A stretch of 63,463 nt of DNA, counting the filler, from Octopus bimaculoides (taxonomy: Eukaryota), in assembly GCF_001194135.2 (NCBI RefSeq). It is 5 parts of 5 records of this genome, joined end to end, with 100 filler letters (N's around TTAATTAATTAA, not from the genome) between each part and the next. Parts side by side here need not be neighbours in the genome. Positions count along the whole stretch, not along the records: positions 30,265 to 59,700 come from NC_068995.1; positions 59,801 to 62,036 come from NC_068997.1; positions 62,137 to 63,463 come from NW_026335232.1; 2 more parts are not named here. One strand, written 5' to 3'. Under the pieces are notes generated by a model. That model made no database searches, was not told where the DNA came from, and saw nothing but the letters and a program-made list of their open reading frames with translations. Positions 50,610 through 63,463 of this stretch are shown here, piece after piece. Positions within the stretch are counted from its first letter, which is position 1. Each line of letters opens with the position of its first letter. Position numbers and translations under genes: made by a program.

Positions 50610-52245
50610 TTCTTTCTTTTTTTCTGTCTTTCTTTCTCTCTCCTTGCTCACATTATCTAATGATCTGCATGATGTTTTATAGAAGGCATTAATTTAATGA
50701 AAGACATTTTTTTAGCGAATTAAGTAGTCCTTGAGAATTCATAGAACAATTTTGCGGACCGTTTTCACAAGAGTTTTTCATTGCAACAAAAATACTGAAC
50801 AGAAAATGGTTTGATTTTGACTAACTCTAGGATAGGATATTCCATTGAATATCTTTTTGCTGTTTTATAGAACGTGTAATTGTTCAAGTTATTATTAATT
50901 ATTACTCATTAACCAGTAACGTATAGAGTCCAGACTAGAGCGTAGCCAACGAGTAAGATATGCTGTCTCTATCTGAAGTGAAATCTTAGTATCATCTATA
51001 CTACAACAAAGGGACCACTTTCAGTAGTTTCTGATTTGACGATGGAAATTAAATCTATTCGAAAAAAATATTACGTGGGATCTAATTGGTTACAGAGTAT
51101 ATGCTCTTTGTATACCTTTTACTGTAGCTACTTGTCTGATTTTCTTGGAGCTTGCAATTCGAACATCTAGTTTTGGAATATCTAGATGTTTCGGTTTGAA
51201 ACACAAACTCATTTGAAGTACTGTTATCGAAAGCTTTAGCAAAATGTCACTCCGTTTTGTTAAAGTACGTGCTCGACAAAACACACATTAAACATGTAAT
51301 CTTCAATTGAAAATATGCTGAAGTAGCATCCTATAATACGAAATCAGTGTTTAATATTACTGAAGAAATGATTGTCTTTTACTTAATTAAGAAATTTTGA
51401 ACTGCTTATTTGTTTCTTTACGTATATTAAGACGGATATAGTTCTGTAATTATGTGATTGTCTTTTGCTTCATTTCGTTTGCGTATTGGCCTGATGATTA
51501 ATTCTTTCAATGTTGTTGGAAGTTTTCCAGTAGATAGAAATCTACTTCAAAAATTAAATTCCAGACACATTTACAGGTGTCCTATTAGTTTTCCTGGCTC
51601 ACACGACTTACCGTAGTAGGCTTCTCGAATGTTTCACAATCAATGACACACTTCAGAATAAAAACACATATTTACCTTGTTTTACATACTTATTTATGCT
51701 ACTCACACATATATGAATATACATATTAAAGTGTATGTAGACGAATGCAATCAAAAATAAAGATACAAAGAACAACTTAATACATGTATATATAGAGATA
51801 ATTGGTTAACTTTGCAAATATATTCTCAGTTTTAATTTTGTGGAAGTTATTTACTCTGAAATTTTATATTCCGTCTGAACAGAAGATTAATTTTCTATTT
51901 TGTGCATTTTGTTTTAACTCGTTTACGCAGTTCTTCACAGAATACACTTCTGTGTGGCCTTTGTCTTTAAATAAAAATAGGAAAAGAAAGGCATGCAAAG
52001 TCTAAATTTCAAGCAGTTAAAAGCCTAGAAAAAAATACAAAAATAGATCGTATCTGTTCAGGTGGAAAATAAAACTATTTAAAGTGCAAGGGAATATTAT
52101 CAGACTGAGAAAACGGATAAGAAACGCAATAAATCATCGATGATAAAAATAAGTTTGCCTTAAGTAAATAAGTAAGACATTCAATATTGATTGTTTAACT
52201 TTTTATTATTCTTAATGTCCCTTCCTCTTAGCGGTTTATTTACAA

Positions 52246-52965
52246 ACTAGCTGACGTACCCGGTAATTCCCCGGAAAGCAGAGCTTATCCCTTGGTTCAT
52301 AATTGTCTCGCTAATCCAATAACAGCAAAACAAAGTATGTAGCCCTTAAAACGGTTTTTGTGCTTTTACAGAGAATACCGAACTGATCTTGTTTTTAGGA
52401 ATTCCCAATAAGATATGAATACCCAAATTGGGAAGTCAGTTATGTAATAACATGAAATTATTTACCCTATAGTAAGAATTCAAATAAAGTAGCCCCGAAA
52501 AGGGCTTTAATGCGTACCCAGAGTATATAGAACTTAGGAGGAAATACTAATTAGGTGTGTATACTAAAATCGTGAAGCATGTTACTTAATAACAGATTAT
52601 TCAGATAATAACAATTCAAAGTAAATAACTCTGAAAAGGGCTTTTGTGCGTTCCCAGAGAATATTACCCTCAGGGGAACTAGTGTTGGTATATTCGTGAA
52701 TGAGTCACTAACCGAAATAAGTGGATCTATTGTTTAGAAAAATATTATTTACTTTCTTAAAGGTTGTACAGAATAAATTTCAAAAATAACTCTAACGCTT
52801 AAAATATTAAGAAATAAGCATACTCAGTTTCATTTATACCAAACAATTTAGGAAAATGAATGGGTTATTTTCCCATGACTATACATAAGGATCCCTTCCA
52901 GGGGTGAATGAGTTATTTCCCTTGGATATTAAAATAAAATGTATTAGTTTTATATAAGGATCCCT
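52246..52965 (+). mobile_element. Possible non-autonomous Helitron/Helentron-like element with three degenerate internal subrepeats
   Basis: Starts actagctgacgtacccggtaattccccgg; related segments at 52333-52377, 52483-52527 and 52618-52663; ataaggatcccttccagggg occurs twice near the end. Confidence 0.35.
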
Positions 52966-53187
52966 TCCAGGGGTCTTATTATCGATTGTTTTCAACAATC
53001 TGAGTATGCCATGAGGTTTCCAGACATGAGTTCTACTAACATGTCAAGTTTTATAAAAATCTATAAAACGATGTAGGAGGAGTTAGCTAACGACTCCACA
53101 AATATACCCACAGACAAAATTTCCCACATACGAAGTAGATATAGACCCATGCGTGTACCTCACCACTCCCAGCAATACACATTCACT

Positions 53188-53241
<54 letters not shown>

Positions 53242-53566
53242 GACACACACAACACACACACACACACACACACATACGCACAATATTTTTTAAGCCGATC
53301 AATTTACAAAGTTTTTATATGAGATCTTTTGCTTTTAATTCCCCATGGATATCTTTAGCTGATTTACAAATCCTCGATCTTCTACCCTTACTAAGAGTGT
53401 TCATTATGATCACTAACATCTTATTACGCGTTAAAGGGGCAACCTGAAAGGTATAATGTGCAATCTTGGTTGTTGTGTTCTAATCTTCTAAAGGCATCTC
53501 TTTAGACAGATCACTATTTTGCGAGCATTAATTTAGTTCATTCATATATATATATGCGCGTGTGTA

Positions 53567-53612
<46 letters not shown>

Positions 53613-56600
53613 CGTGTGTGTGCGTGTGTGCGCGCGCNNNNNNNNNNGCGTGTGTGTGCGTGTGTGCGCGCGCGTATGTGCGCGCGCGCGCGTTGCCAAA
53701 TCTTCTGGAACGCTTAAGGCGTAAATATTATGGAGAAATGCCGAATTCATGTGATAAATGGCGAGCTTTGCTTAAAGAAAATAATATTTATCACCAGCTG
53801 AATTTGTAATTTGGGATAGACTTAATCTCTAGTGTTTAACCAATATTGGATATGGCTGATTTCACAAATTCGATTTAATGTCCGGCGAAATTAAAATCAT
53901 CGAAGTAAGAATTCAGTATCACGTTTGCTAGATGTTTGCAAAATTAAACTTAAACGGAGCAGTTCCTTGATTGTAAGTCTGTTTTAATGATTGATTTTAG
54001 TACGAATAAATGAATAAACTAGTATAAGTAAAGCATTCACAGCTACAGACCTGCTTTCAAAACGGTGAAAAATATTGTAAACACTTTATTTACATTGTCT
54101 TGAAATTATTTATAAAGTAACATTTTCGAGGAGTGCAGGTACTAAACAACAACCAACTCCATAAAATCGTATAACGTATCAGTTAACGGATTTGAAATAC
54201 TTCACATGTGACTGAGTTACAAGAGTAAGTATGTCGAAATAATTTTATGTACTGTATAATCCATATAAGATATACGGAAAACGTGATGCGTTTAGGAAAC
54301 TTTCGAACATTAAAAACACCAATGAAAAGCTTCTGAGGACGCAAGTTAAATAACACTGTAAGACTGAAGTATATAGCACATGTTTTCTAAATATACTTCT
54401 GTGTTGAATTTGAGCTTAGTCGTATTCATTGTAGGTTTTTGGAAAAAAAGTCACACACCGTGCGTCTGAACAGATATATGTATTATCTATTTAAACACTG
54501 GCTTGGTCAGGTCATCTCAGGTATAAATCAACATTACCTAAAATAATCTTCTATGATAAATCACTGTGTGAAAGGAATTAATTTGACACTCATATTTCCA
54601 CCGTAGCTATAGTTGTAAAAGGACACAAAGTAATAGAAACCGATTTAGACATTTGGGAGATCGTTGATTTTGATAAGACAAAAATATTTGTCCATGTATC
54701 TACCTACCTACTTACCTAACAACCTATCTATTTACATAAGTTATGGAAACGCTAATTTGATAAAATCACCACGCTGTATATTACCTAGTCATCGGTCAAA
54801 TGTATTATACATACACCAACCAAAGAATGTGAATGCCGCAGGAAATAATTTTGTCTCGACTCATATATTTAATTTCTCTTCTCATCTTTGAAGGACAATG
54901 CTAACACCAGCTGATACTTAGAGGAACATAAGACAGGAGATAACAAGTAAAAAGACACTCAAAATATTCTTCCTATTTAGTTCAATTATTTTCTATCTGT
55001 GACAGACGTTACAAGTGATTTTCTTTGAGTATCTAACGTGAATATTACAGTGTTCAAGAACACCTGAAACATCACGGATATCAATTAGTGAAATGCGGTT
55101 GCTAGGTTACCGACGTTTGCATTTTTGTTGCATCATTAATGCTTGGGTAAATGTTAGGAATACGGTTCATCCCCTAAACCGTTCATCCACCTCAGTCATT
55201 ACCGCGTGAATATTTTTAGGGATGACACTACAGGCAAATTATTTCTATAGAAAGTATTTACAAGAGTGATTGAATTTTGCATTAAAACTAGATGTAAACA
55301 GAATCTGATGAAAAATTACATTTTTCTTTAGGACTTTTGTGGGGGAGCTTTCGAATAACTAGCAGGCTTCAACGACACGATTTACATTCTCTGCTGTAAA
55401 GTTATATCTATTTAACATTCCATTACAGTATTATCACGTCTATATGTGGGGGAAGGTATAGGATGTAGAATTACCAAAATACCTTATCTGTCATTTTGAG
55501 ATATTATACGTATATGATTTTTAAAATGGCTTTCTATTTAGAATTCAACATGGCATTATCAAACCTCTTTAAGTTTTATTTATCTCAGTGGATGTTTATA
55601 ATAATTACTTTTAAAAATGATGTTCAGTGTACTAATGCTAGAGCCTGCATAAAGTCGAGATGGATATCTTTAACTATTAAATCGACAAAAAGGGGCTAAA
55701 CTATAATATTAACGACCCTCACAATAGTGACATCCAAAATTCTTAGGAGTTTGATTGGCATCAACCGAGATTGTTTCGGAAAAATGACTACAATGAGAAT
55801 ATCAACAGGAAAGAAGTTTCAGAATAAATGCAACTGAAATTAGTTCAACAATTTTACACCAGAAATAGAAGTGAAATGTTAGCATAAAGGAGGGTTACCA
55901 GTTTAAAAGAGCAGCGGAATAGAAGAAGAATTAACACAACTCCATGATTATTTGTATCTACAATGCATGGTAAAAGGAAGCCAACTTAACATGGTAAATA
56001 TTTCCTTGGGATAATTAGCAATATGTTCTATGTTTGTGCATGTTTGTGAGTAAATCTCTGAACTTGTGTGCAGCTAATTGCAAATTTTGCAACAATATTT
56101 CACTACATTTAATCTATTTATGTCATTAGAATGTCTCATATAATCATAGCCTTCATATGTATCTGATTAATTAATTATGTACGTTCGTAATACCCTGAGA
56201 GTTTAGCACAGTTAATTAAGCCTTTGATTCAATTAGGTTAATATAGTTATACATTGACAAAATTCTGGCCTCTTTAAAAGAACCGAAAACTTACCCTGGA
56301 AAGATTTACTAAATACCGAGTGATACAAATTTCTTTAGTATAAAAAAAGGTGAAAAGAGCTAAATTAATATTAAAAAACGTGACCATCATAATTTCATAA
56401 TTTTTAACAACCGTTCGTTTATTACGTTTACTTTGAGACATGTATTTATAACAGCTATATTTCGATTTTAAGATGAGATGGATCTCCAAGACATCATGGT
56501 TTTTGCTTTTACAACTAGTTTACAAGACCTGCAGAAAATGAGAAATATTTCAATCCCCAGTGTTTAGGAGTAAGTATCAATCTCTGAATAGTTATAAATG

Positions 56601-58303
56601 TTCTATCTCTGACTCTGGAAACAATGATTTACGGGAGTATAATCTGTGATTCTACTCCAAATTTGTTGACAAAGATAAAATGGAGGTGGTTCGACTTAAT
56701 TATTTCAGTTATTCAATTATCATTTTTTATGTTTTAATAATTCCATAAAAAATTTATAAACAAAATATCCTATAATTTAAAACATTTTGTAAGCGAGGTG
56801 TGTTACTAAGAAACTAAGAATTTTGTCACTTCCTTTAGTTTTCCAAGCAATAAGTAAAAATGACCCTAATATGCCTCTCCTTTTATTAAACTTATAAAAG
56901 AACCGGTAGAAACCGCTGCAAGTATTTAGTTACAGTCTTAATCCAGGTAAAGTGAATGTTGTTTTCCACAGTTCAAAGCTAATTTTGTCGACAGCAATCC
57001 AACAACTTCGCAGCAAGATACTGATATAAAATTTTAGACCTGCTGTCTATGAACCATACATATATGCAATATTTACAAATTATAGCTAAGGTGACACAAT
57101 AATTCAAACTATAGATTTATGAGGTGCTTTTAGAATTAGAAGTAGCAAAGTTTATAAGAATTCAAAATTGCATATAACAAATGACAGTATTTATGATTAT
57201 AGAGCAATGATTTACTCAAACTTTGAATTGTTGCAGCTGAAATATTTTCAAACATTTTGAAATATTTAACATATATTCTGTTTCATTGAGAGAGTTGATA
57301 AATAGATTAAATAAGTGTAGACCAGAATTTTATCATTAAAATGACAGACAAAGGTTTCTTTTTCTGAAGTCTTCTCCACGTGAGACTAGCGCACTATACA
57401 TAAAATATCACTATAATTACTCTGGTAAGCTACTTTAGACCTCAGCAATGAATATCTGTGTCCTGGTCGTACTTACGACAAAAGTAGATTTCCATCTGTA
57501 TATCTTCTAATTTTTATATCTACTCTAATAGTCTCTGTGTTTGTCCTCTTCTTAAGTCGCAAAACACGCATCCTTTGAATACGAACTTCACCGTTATTTT
57601 GAATTACCATTCCTAGCATAAATTTGGTTATTTTTCATTGTAAATAATTTGTTTTATATCATCCTAACAACTCATATCTTTCTCTCGGGCTATATTTGGG
57701 CTCCTCTCGCTGTCATTACCTTTATCTCTTTTATACTCACTTCCTCAATATCTTTCCCTCACATAATCTTGCCCATTCTGTCATCAATTTTTTTCTTGTT
57801 TTAGTTTCCTTATAGAGCAACAAATTTTCTCACCTCTCCACTGGCGGCCGATGCAATCACCACCACTTCTGCTATGCATATATCGTGGCACTTAGGTCAC
57901 ATTGTGCAACCTATAATCCAACCACTTTATGTATCTTATAAGTTACATACCTCTATTACAATTTCAACAGTTGTTCAGTCTACAAATTCTATATGTAGCA
58001 CTTGGTGGTTTATAAAAATATGAGAGCGATCGACATTTCCTAGAAAATAAAGTGGAATAATGGTTTGAAAACGACGAATGAAACTTTTAAATTTGCATTT
58101 AAGACTGTATCAAATTCAGGTTGGAATATTTTCTATACAGGTGTGAGAATACTACCCGAGAAATTTGGCAAGATTAATTAAATAATACACCACATTCAGT
58201 ACAAATATTGCGTGTTATTCTCTCAACAAGCCATACATAGAAAAATATATCATGTAAGAATCTGTTATGATCATTGTTGAAATACATAGTTATACATACA
58301 TAC

Positions 58304-58366
<63 letters not shown>

Positions 58367-58827
58367 NNNNNNNNNNNNNNNNNNNNNNNNNNNNNNNNNN
58401 NNNNNNNNNNNNNNNNNNNNNNNNNNNNNNNNNNNNNNNNNNNNNNNNNNNNNNNNNNNNNNNNNNNNNNNNNNNNNNNNNNNNNNNNNNNNNNNNNNNN
58501 NNNNNNNNNNNNNNNNNNNNNNNNNNNNNNNNNNNNNNNNNNNNNATATATATATGTATATGCATGCATATGTATACATATGCATATACGTATGTATGTA
58601 TATACTTATACAAATATACATACATACATACATACACAAATATACGTACATACATACATACGTGTGTAAAAGGTTGAATGTGGATTCGTCCTTTAATTGG
58701 AGTGGTTTCCAAAAACATTTCTAACGTTGATTCTTCATACTTTACTGAGAGTTTACTGGTGTAAATTCGCGAAGATATGAAAAGTACGAAAGGTTCCGGT
58801 TTCAATCCTCGGATGAGCTCTCCCAAA

Positions 58828-59043
58828 TAGGTGGCGAGTTGGCAGAATCGTTAGCACGCTGAACGAAATGTTTAACGGTATTTCTTCCGTAGCTCCGTTC
58901 TGAGTTCAAATTCCACTGAGGTCGACCTTGCCATTCATTCTTTTTGGGTCGATAAATTAAGTACCAGTCAAGTTTTGGGGTTAGTGTGATCGATTGTCCC
59001 CTACCCACATAATCCAGGCCTTGTGTCTATAGAAGAAAGGATT
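58828..59043 (+). mobile_element. SINE (ggcggcgagctggcag family)
   Basis: ggtggcgagttggcagaatcgttagcacgctgaacgaaatg...gagttcaaattcc...gggtcgataaattaagtaccag. Confidence 0.85.
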
Positions 59044-59269
59044 AGAATATTAAGTTCATGATTAATTTGTGGAATGAATTTTTATTTCTACAAATCCAAT
59101 CATATTTGTCAAAAATGGAGGAGATAAGATGTTAAAAAGTTGTAAGAAGTTTATTCATCCATACAATTATTGTTTTGTACTTAGATATAAATTCATATTT
59201 TAATTGGGAAATTATCATACTAGCGCTCATACGCGTGCACGCGCACACACGCAAACGTGTGTGTGAAGA

Positions 59270-59445
59270 TGCATCGGTCAATGGTTAGAACGTCGGACTT
59301 ACAATCGCGAGGTTGCGAGTTCGATTTCCGGACCGAGCTGTGTGATGTGTTTTTGAGCAAGACGCTTTATTTTCACGTTGTTCCAGTTTACACAACAGTG
59401 GAAGTGAACTGCGACGTCACTGGTGTCAAAATGGCTGATATTTAG
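59270..59445 (+). mobile_element. tRNA-derived SINE head with CORE-like segment
   Basis: tggttagaacgtcggac...gagttcgatttcc...gtgtttttgagcaagacgctttatttcacgttg. Confidence 0.75.
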
Positions 59446-59800
59446 CAAGGTGAGACACACATAAGCAGGAAGGAAACAAAGGACCACTGATGAGGTCACA
59501 GAAGTGTGACGAAAGAACTCTGGCTGAAATAAGATTAAGATTAATGTAATATAAAGCTGAAGCAAATTAACACCAAATATACAGTGCGTGTGTTTTTATT
59601 GGCTAAACTGGCAATATGACCATCCCAAGTACAACAACATCTGTTTCAACACACAATTTCACATCAAAAATCTTGCAAAACAAATATATATATATATATA
59701 NNNNNNNNNNNNNNNNNNNNNNNNNNNNNNNNNNNNNNNNNNNNTTAATTAATTAANNNNNNNNNNNNNNNNNNNNNNNNNNNNNNNNNNNNNNNNNNNN

Positions 59801-59852
<52 letters not shown>

Positions 59853-59892
59853 GGTGTGTGTGTGTGGGTGTGTGTATCTTAATTGGATACAA

Positions 59893-59934
59893 TATATACG
59901 TTTCGACCTATTAGACTGAGTCTCATCAGGCACA
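59893..59934 (-). ncRNA. Hammerhead motif with intact core and weak stem I (family E)
   Basis: CUGAUGA-GAC(U)-loop-(G)GUC-GAAAC-GUA on the minus strand; stem I pairing is poor. Confidence 0.5.
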
Positions 59935-60267
59935 TCAATAAAGATATGTCTCATTACAGGTTTTTAGTGTCGGCTGACTTGTTGTTATATGTCCATCAAG
60001 TTAGAGAATGAATAAAAGCAAATAATATTACAGAAACGCAAAAACGAATTCAAATATGGATGTGAAAATCTTGCGTTCCTGTTTAGATAAGATGACCTAA
60101 TCAGATTTCGGTGTCATAACTGCTTACAGGAAAAAAACGTAGAAGGAGAAAAGAAAACTAATTCTTAGTCAAGTAGTTTTATGTTCATACATATACATAC
60201 AGACAGATAGACAGACACACATATACTCACATATATACACACATATGTATACACACGAACACTAATA

Positions 60268-60342
<75 letters not shown>

Positions 60343-60714
60343 TCATACTCATATACACGTTTACACCTTCAAACTTACACATAGCTTCCTACAGACGCAG
60401 GTACACACATACACACACACACATGTACTTAGACACATACCAATATACACAATCCAGCGTTTGCGTTTAGATTTATGCACCTCGACTTCTCCGTCCATCT
60501 ATCAAGTCTGATAGTATTTATTGGTACATTTTACTTAGACATAGCTGCATTGTAAAGTTAGATTCTAAATACATGTTATTTGCATACGGATCTTCCTTCG
60601 TATAGGTTTCCTGGTTACATTTCATTAAGTTTTAACTCAGGTGGATTAATCCGAGTTGTGAGTGTTAGGCTTGCATCAGTCAGGTGTGGTTTGGATTGTA
60701 GTATGTGATCGTGT

Positions 60715-61520
60715 GTTTAGCTGCATGTATGAACTTGGGTAATCGTTCCGTAACTCTGTTTATAATGCGGTCTTTTGTTAATGTTGACAGTGACTTCTCG
60801 GAACATAACTGGAATTACCGGGATAGTGTGTTATAGGAACTCGCATGTCTAATTATTGACAAGGCCAGGTCGTATTTTGCTTTCTCTTCCTTGAGTCTCC
60901 AGACAAAATCAGCCAGAGATGTTATATGCCGTTTAAGGATGTTTCGGAAGCTGGCAATATGGTTGCAATACCAATTTTTGAAAATATCAGCCGATGCATC
61001 GATATATACGTAGGGGCGTCCTCTAGCGCTTACTGTGCACTTATACACTGGTCATGCATTGATAGTCCAAGGAACATTTGGATCTGTCCCTGCATGATCA
61101 TACTTGGTCGGTTTTTTGTTTGCATGTGTGCAGCGAGTCCTAGACGAATTGATTCTATTATATACATCTGTGGTCATGGTTATTCTATTATTATTTTTGC
61201 TATTTCTGGGTGTGTTTGTGTTGTTGTTTGAATTATTACTGATGTCAGGTGTTGGTTGGTTATTGTAGATACTCCAGCTGCTCTTTTCTCAGTTCTTTGT
61301 ATTACAGTTCGAGTCATTATCATTTAATGCACTAAATGGTTGGTATGCGCGGGCCTGTTTTGAGAGCAGTTTGGTCGCTGTCTAAGTTTACCATTATTAA
61401 TCCAAAGAATGTGGCACTCTATATTTGATGAGTCGGCATATGACAGTTTTACACGGTGACGATTGAATATTTTGCAGTACGCTCCATTGTCTAGAGAAGC
61501 AACGATCGAGTGCAGTGAAG
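60715..61520 (-). pseudogene. Penelope-like element (Neptune-type) ORF C-terminal remnant: linker, Cys motif and GIY-YIG endonuclease
   Basis: Minus strand: KIFNRHRVKLSYADSSNI (~KIFNRNTVKVSYSCMPN), SCRDRSKCSLDYQC (~CNCR...CPL..C), ORF 60815-61048 YKCTV...YVYID...FKNWYCNHIASFRN...TSLADFVWRLKE, then QLCSE...IINRVTE. Confidence 0.85.
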
Positions 61521-61600
61521 AACTGCTTCGCGATCCTGGATGTCACAGAAATTGCTTGATGAAATTTTATTTAACAATAAGAAAATTGTGATATCACGAC

Positions 61601-61645
61601 AAATAAAATTTCATCAAATAAAATTTCATCAAATAAAATTTCATC
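61601..61645. repeat. 15-bp tandem repeat, 3 copies of aaataaaatttcatc
   Basis: Direct reading. Confidence 0.9.
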
Positions 61646-62136
61646 AAATTAATTCTTTGTCCTTTATAACTTTATACAGTCCTTAACATTTTCTCTTGTG
61701 TCATACTATATATTCTGTAAGTTTTGTAGAGTGATACATTAAGGAACTTTTTTTATGCGTATTACCAGATTTCGCATTTGATCAATGTTCGACAGTGGCT
61801 CTCACCCGGCTTAGCGTTAATCTCGCTCGCCTTGCCAGTTTAGAAGACTAGCGTAGAAATCGCACGCTGATTTCATAAATGGTAAAAGTGACAATTATAA
61901 ATAATAAGGGTGGTTTATATATTTCTGCCTATCGGTTGCAAATTGCAAATAAGCAGCTACTGCATTCTGTCTCTTATAAAATTTCAGCGGATGTATATAT
62001 AACATACATACATACATACATACATAAATATATATANNNNNNNNNNNNNNNNNNNNNNNNNNNNNNNNNNNNNNNNNNNNTTAATTAATTAANNNNNNNN
62101 NNNNNNNNNNNNNNNNNNNNNNNNNNNNNNNNNNNN

Positions 62137-62326
62137 TCGCTTGACAACCGATGCTGGTGTATTTACGTCCCCCGTAACTTAGTGGTTCGGCAAAAAAAAA
62201 AAAACCGATAGAATAAGTATTAGACTTACAAAGAATAAGTCCTGGGGTGGATTTGCTCGACTAAAGGCGGTGCTCCAGCATGGCCGCAGTCAAATAACTG
62301 AGACGTGTAAAAGAATGAAAACAAAA
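62137..62326 (+). mobile_element. SINE-like repeat (same family as 3706-3882)
   Basis: cttgacaaccgatgctggtg...gaataagtcctggggt..atttgctcgactaaaggcggtgctccagcatggccgcagtcaaa. Confidence 0.8.
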
Positions 62327-63125
62327 GAATAAAAGAATATACATGTGTACGCACACACACACACACACACACACATTAGATATATAAACACATACATGAC
62401 ATGACACATGCTCACTCACATACACATTGGCACATACACACATACATTCCAATACAGTCATATACATTTGCACACACACACACACACACAGAAGAATTTT
62501 TCAACACACGCACACACACACATACACACGCATGCATGCGTGGATGCGCGCACATACACAATATATGCACACCTATAGACACAAATACATACATATATAC
62601 GAAAAACGCTTTCTCTGTCTTTTTCAAACATGTATCCGAAATAAACACGCAGAAACAAACGCAAACACGCACACACGTACACACACACACACACACACAC
62701 ACGCGCGCGCGCACACACATACACGTGCATGTTCATATATATACATATATATATTGTCGCTCACATATTCACGTACATGCAAAAACAATATCGAGCTTCC
62801 CATCTCTCTCTCTCAAACACACACACACATATACATATATATATATACGTACATATATATATACACACATCAACACACACACACACACATAGACAAACAC
62901 ACACACACACACACAAGCACACGCATAAATACAGAAACAGGCACATGCAAACACATATAGTCACTCACGCGCGTACGGAAATCTTTTCTATCTCTCTCTC
63001 TCTCTCTCGGACGCGCGTGCACTACAGCTCTCTTTAACACACACACGCGCTAATGTAAATACAGACTCATATACATACGGAACCACAAACATATGCACAC
63101 ACTAACGTACAAATATACATACAAG

Positions 63126-63455
63126 GTGAATGACAAGGACCTTTTTGTGTGCACAGTCTGTGACCGACCATGTCTGTCCTTGGCTGGCCTCAAATCTCAC
63201 CTGCGAACCCATGGAAAACAAACCTCACCCAGCTATTCTGATTATATGGCTGTGCACACGTTTGAATGTGGTGTGTGCCAGAGGGTTTGCAAATCCAATG
63301 GGGGTCTTAAAAGACATGTTAGGATCCACAATGAGCAGAACTTACTTGCAGGTATTGGTAGTGCAAATCAGAGGTGCAATCTGTGTGGGTGTTTTTTCAA
63401 AACACTGTCTGGTTTAAAAAGCCACATCAGACGCCATGAAAGGGCTAAGGTGTAG
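63126..63455 (+). CDS. Fragment encoding three C2H2 zinc fingers; probably the C-terminus of a LINE (RTE-like) ORF2, alternatively a terminal host exon
   Basis: CTVCDRPCLSLAGLKSHLRTH, CGVCQRVCKSNGGLKRHVRIH and CNLCGCFFKTLSGLKSHIRRH in one open frame ending at TAG 63453-63455. Linkers are 18 and 15 aa, not TGEKP. The upstream Met lies in AC-rich repeat. Confidence 0.6.
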   Translation: MNDKDLFVCTVCDRPCLSLAGLKSHLRTHGKQTSPSYSDYMAVHTFECGVCQRVCKSNGGLKRHVRIHNEQNLLAGIGSANQRCNLCGCFFKTLSGLKSHIRRHERAKV

Positions 63456-63463
63456 GTGCAGGA

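Overview
AT-rich, microsatellite-dense eukaryotic DNA with several N-gaps and no intact host gene. The repeat landscape (tRNA-derived SINEs, TA/CA/TACA/TATC microsatellites) looks like a cephalopod, probably Octopus; this is inference, not a database result. The window is mostly transposon debris: CR1-like, RTE-like and Tx1/L1-like LINE fragments, a Neptune-type Penelope (GIY-YIG) remnant, Tc1/mariner and hAT transposase pseudogenes, MITEs and many SINEs. A three-finger C2H2 ORF fragment sits at the right edge. The most notable signal is at least eight minimal type I hammerhead ribozyme (HHR) motifs in five distinct short non-coding repeat families. One family has a ~345-nt tandem unit with several covarying hairpins, resembling a non-LTR retrozyme. 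Another joins a tRNA-like Pol III head to an HHR tail and forms an inverted dimer bounded by a 17-bp target-site duplication. Also notable are a TIR element with an 8-bp TSD whose symmetry axis is a (CCCTAA)n-(TTAGGG)n palindrome, and an ORF1-only (HAL1-like) Tx1/L1 derivative.
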